In this document: positions 60,216-64,000 of the stretch, one piece after another
How positions within the stretch are numbered: the stretch's first letter is position 1
Layout: every line of letters begins with the position of its first letter
Source of the DNA: Basidiobolus meristosporus CBS 931.73
Lineage: Eukaryota > Fungi > Basidiobolomycota
Assembly (NCBI GenBank): GCA_002104905.1
Contig: MCFE01000114.1
Coordinates: 101,976-165,975 of the forward strand
Direction of reading: 5' to 3'
Length of the DNA: 64,000 nucleotides
Made by a program: the position numbers and the translations under genes
Notes under the pieces: model-generated
Databases searched by the model: none
What the model was told of the DNA's origin: nothing
The model's input: only the letters and a program-made list of their open reading frames with translations

Positions 60216-62636
60216 TTTTTGAGATATTCGAGTGAATATTGATGGGTGAGATCAATATCAGGGTTAGAGTTACGCGCCGTGACTGCTTTTTATGGTTCAG
60301 GATATATAAAATACACTAGTAAAGGTAATTTAATGGATGGATAATAGCAGTGGTTAGAACAACACTGCGGGTCTTACCACATCCGGGCAGCTTACTGTTT
60401 GGGCCGATGCTTGCTACGCTCAGCTAACAGGCTATCACATAGTGTGGTCGGGAAATGCACTAATCAGGGCTTCCTCTACCGGAAACACACATGGATGGAT
60501 AGTTTAAAGCAAACCCAAAGTTCCTTCCATCATTGTCATCCAGCCTGGGAACCAAGACGTCTGCAGCAACAGTCATGTTACGGTAGTTGAGTGGACTGAA
60601 TATGTTAGCAAGGTGTATTCAAGCAACTGGAATTACAAAGGTAGTCCTTAGGTCAAAACAAGCTTGGCTTGATTAATAGTTAGATACGAATGCACTAATA
60701 ACATAAGGGGAGAGTGAAGGAAAGCCATAATGCATGGAAGGCTCGCTTGTTTGCGTGGACGGCTTCAAAAATACAATGACTATGCAATATGCTTTGCGAC
60801 TTTGTAATAATACCAAAGGCTCCACGCTTTCTAGTAGCAGTATTTAATCAAATCAAGATTCACACGTTGGTGACAGTCCTGGTTGACTGTCAAATCCACC
60901 CAAAGGAAGCAGGTTTCAAAAGCTTCAACACGCAAACCTAACCCAATTTAGAATAGGCTGAATTCCTCTCTGATCAGTGGTCTACAACGTGCTACTTGTG
61001 ACACCAGCTAAATCATTGAGCGATTTTCCTTGGCAGTTAGTTGTAGTAAATGGACCACCGTGAACGATTGCTATTTTGGATATTTGTACTTGTGACATTG
61101 ATGTTCACCATGTTTCCATTTAGCCCAAAGTTTAGTTAAATCTCTATCACATTCCATCTTTGCCATGCACAACAGTATTGTTATTTCTGATTCAGCTATG
61201 TAGGTTAGTAATTTATTCATTGTCTCTGTGGTTTAAGATTCAATAGTTTCCTCGGCGGTTAGAGTTGCGGAATATCATGTAATAAACCAATATACAAACC
61301 CTGCCACTTACTATGCTCTTTTCCAATTCTGGCTGGATATTCATTGACCGGGTACCTATGAACAGAATGGTTGACATCGTCAAAACCAATACAGGCCACG
61401 AATTCGCTTTAGTCAATGAACCAGCGACAGAGGAGAGAGAGATGCTGTTCGCAATTGAACAACGTGTTTGTAGATGTTTCTGATTTATCGACCCGTTTGC
61501 TATTTATAGCTATTGTTCAACACATCCTCCATAGTGTTCATTTTGAAGCTTAGAGATTTCGATTTAGTGTTGGGTTACAGAGTAATCATATCTTGGATAT
61601 TTCTGTTGTGAAAGCAGTATTTCGACGCACAACGCGGTTGCTCAGAACACTTGCTAATTAGATTCAACAGTGATATCAACAGGCATGGTGCAGGTTGTCT
61701 GCATAAGGCGAAGGAGGGTCATACTGTGGCGATCATTGCCATACTCAATCATTCAATTGTGTAGTTTCACATTAATTTAGCATCTAGGCTAAAATTCACA
61801 CCAATCGTTTTTTATCTCACTACATCCGCTGTGTAGTGAGAAATTCGTTCAATGCCTACAGTGAATCCAAGTGTATCTTATCTAGCCTAATGTCTGCTTC
61901 TCTTCATCTACGCCTGGACCCATCTACATACGTACGAGGCCATAAATCTCGCGCCCTATTTTGTCACCTTCGCCTTCTTGACCTGGGACCTATCGGGAAT
62001 TGTCCCTGTATCATACGTACGCCAATCACTTCGTCATTGTTACTCAAATTTGATGGAGTGGTTTGGGACTACCAGAAGAAAGTGGGGTGCACACTTATTG
62101 ATTGACAAGACAGGTTTCTACTTTGGGCATCGGAAAGATACAATATTAAACCGCACTTACGTCCAAACTGCTTTCCTTGTCCTACAAATAAACTGGCGTG
62201 AATGCCAAATTTAGCTATATATAGGCTGGCTCATTCTGGCTCGGTATCAGCTTGACACTCCAAGTAAAGCCTAGCTGTTGATGTAGTAGTCCTTGTTTGT
62301 AGTCCTTCAAGGACAGGGCAAAATGGGAATAGAGGTTTGTATCGCATAGTGGCTTAAGGTAGGTATATACATATGTATTGCGAGTGAGGGAATTTAGTTA
62401 TGTAGATGAAGGTGAGTCGTCTTGTTTGTGCTAGACTAAATATTGTAAAAGAGACTGTTTCATGAGTGGGTGTGCAACGGGATCATCAGCGATCTCCTTT
62501 ATTTGGAATAATTAACATCTGGTATTCTTGCTGCTTGCCAGCTTTCCTGTACCTCCACCTCTCGCTCTGTCCTGTATCTTCACTTCGACAGAAAGTATAA
62601 GAATCCATCTGAGCTTTCGAAAATAGCAACAACATC

Positions 62637-64000
62637 ATGAAGTTTACTGGATTTCTTCTTTCCGCTCTCTCCGTTGCCATCATTCTTTCCCCATCGGCGC
62701 TAGCCGCCGATGATAAGGTGATTGTTGGATACTACGTTCCTTGGGGGAATGTTCAGCCTAGTCAGCTCAGCTATGACAAGGTCACTCACATCAATTACGG
62801 TAAGTCTATTCGGCTATAGGGTAGCAGCCATTTTCTACCACTCACTATTTTTCAAAGGCTTCGGTGTCTTGACGAAGAAAGACGACCCTACGAATATCTT
62901 TATCGACGCGGATTATGACGGTACCGCCATTCGTCAATTAAAGCAACTAGCTACCCCCAAAGGCGTCAAGGTGCAAATTTCAATAGGCGGTTGGACAGGA
63001 AGCCAGACGTTCTCGCTCGTAGCTCGCGATCCACTTCTTCGCCAGAAATTCATCAATAATGCTCTCGTTTTTGTTCGCAAAAACACAAAGCCTGAAGGAC
63101 AAACTCCGGATGGATGGGACTTGGATGGAATTGACATTGACTGGGAATACCCAGCCAGAGAAGGAGCCGTGTGCAATGTGTACGATGCTGCAGATTCCGC
63201 GAATTACCTGACACTCCTAAAAGAATTACGTGCCGCACTTGACAAGGAATTCCCTACCGAGCACAAGCTTATAACTGCGGCAGTCAGGGTACAACCTTTC
63301 GATGGACCTGGAGGCAATCCACTTAATGATGTCTCGGCATTTGTCCCCTACTTTGACTTTATTAACGTTATGGCATACGACATCAATGGTGGCTGGTCTG
63401 CTACCACTGGCCCCAACGCTCCATTTGACTATGATACCAAAGGCGGAGACCCATTTTCATTCCGCCAAGCTTCGAAGGCCTGGCTAAATGCCAAATGGCC
63501 AGCCAACAAGCTGGTGATGGGCCTGCCATTTTATGGCCGATCACTGACCGCTACTGTGGACATGAACTCGAACCCATCCAACCAATACGTTTCCAAGTCA
63601 CCCACCGTGCCTAAAGGAGACCCATCAGATTCCAACGAACCAAATGCTTTTTGTAACGAAGGGTCCGTCTACGGTGGGCTTTGGGCATGGAAGTACCTTC
63701 GCAGTGAGATTCTCAAGAATGGACCATCCAGTCCCATCAGCGGCTGGAATCGTTACTGGGATAATGTAACGCAGACCCCCTGGCTATTCGGCTCAAGCAA
63801 TAAGATGTACATATCTTACGATGACCCTCAGTCGTTGAAGGTTAAGGCCGAATATTCCAAGCAGCAGGGATACCGCGGGGTCATGTTTTGGGATATGACA
63901 AATGACTCTAATGATGAGCTTTTGAATGCCATTCAGGTTGTTCGTCAGCCAAATACCACTCAGCCGCCTGTGACAGCGACCGCCACAACCCCCAGCAGCT
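62637..64000 (+). CDS. GH18 chitinase, secreted, 3' end beyond the window
   Basis: Signal peptide; VGYY..W, THINY-G (intron 62800-62857), SIGGW, LDGIDIDWEY (DxxDxDxE, 63121-63150), NVMAYD, GLPFYGR, YDD..S, GVMFW, then T/P linker. Confidence 0.97.

Noticed and set aside
60340-60410. tRNA-like D-loop string agtggttagaac
   Set aside because: No TpsiC/B-box (GTTCRA) and no acceptor stem.

Overview
Eukaryotic, intron-containing fungal genomic DNA. Short 58-82 nt GT-AG introns, three CE4 chitin deacetylases and a GH18 chitinase suggest an early-diverging, Basidiobolus-like fungus (inference only). The window alternates between two compartments. CpG-poor transposon graveyards lie at about 1-25.7 kb and 51.1-60.2 kb. 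They hold three full-length but defective ~4.7-kb Ty1/copia elements with intact TSDs, an older copia copy, solo LTRs of two other families, Ty3/gypsy remnants, a CACTA transposase relic and a 737-bp palindrome. CpG-rich gene islands lie at about 25.9-51.0 kb and 60.3-64 kb. They hold a tandem pair of intronless ~455-aa orphan genes, a class V aminotransferase (Egt2-like), three GPI-type chitin deacetylases, a coiled-coil protein, pICln, a FAS1 protein, a head-to-head pair of ~92-aa zinc-knuckle microproteins, two alpha-arrestins, a lipocalin and a GH18 chitinase that runs off the window. The most notable observations are the orphan gene pair under patchy gene conversion, the microprotein pair, internally dated CpG-specific mutations in the TEs, a conversion tract that carried a stop codon from one retroelement into its neighbour, and a hairpin micro-inversion in the youngest LTR. 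No rRNA, tRNA or CRISPR array is supported.
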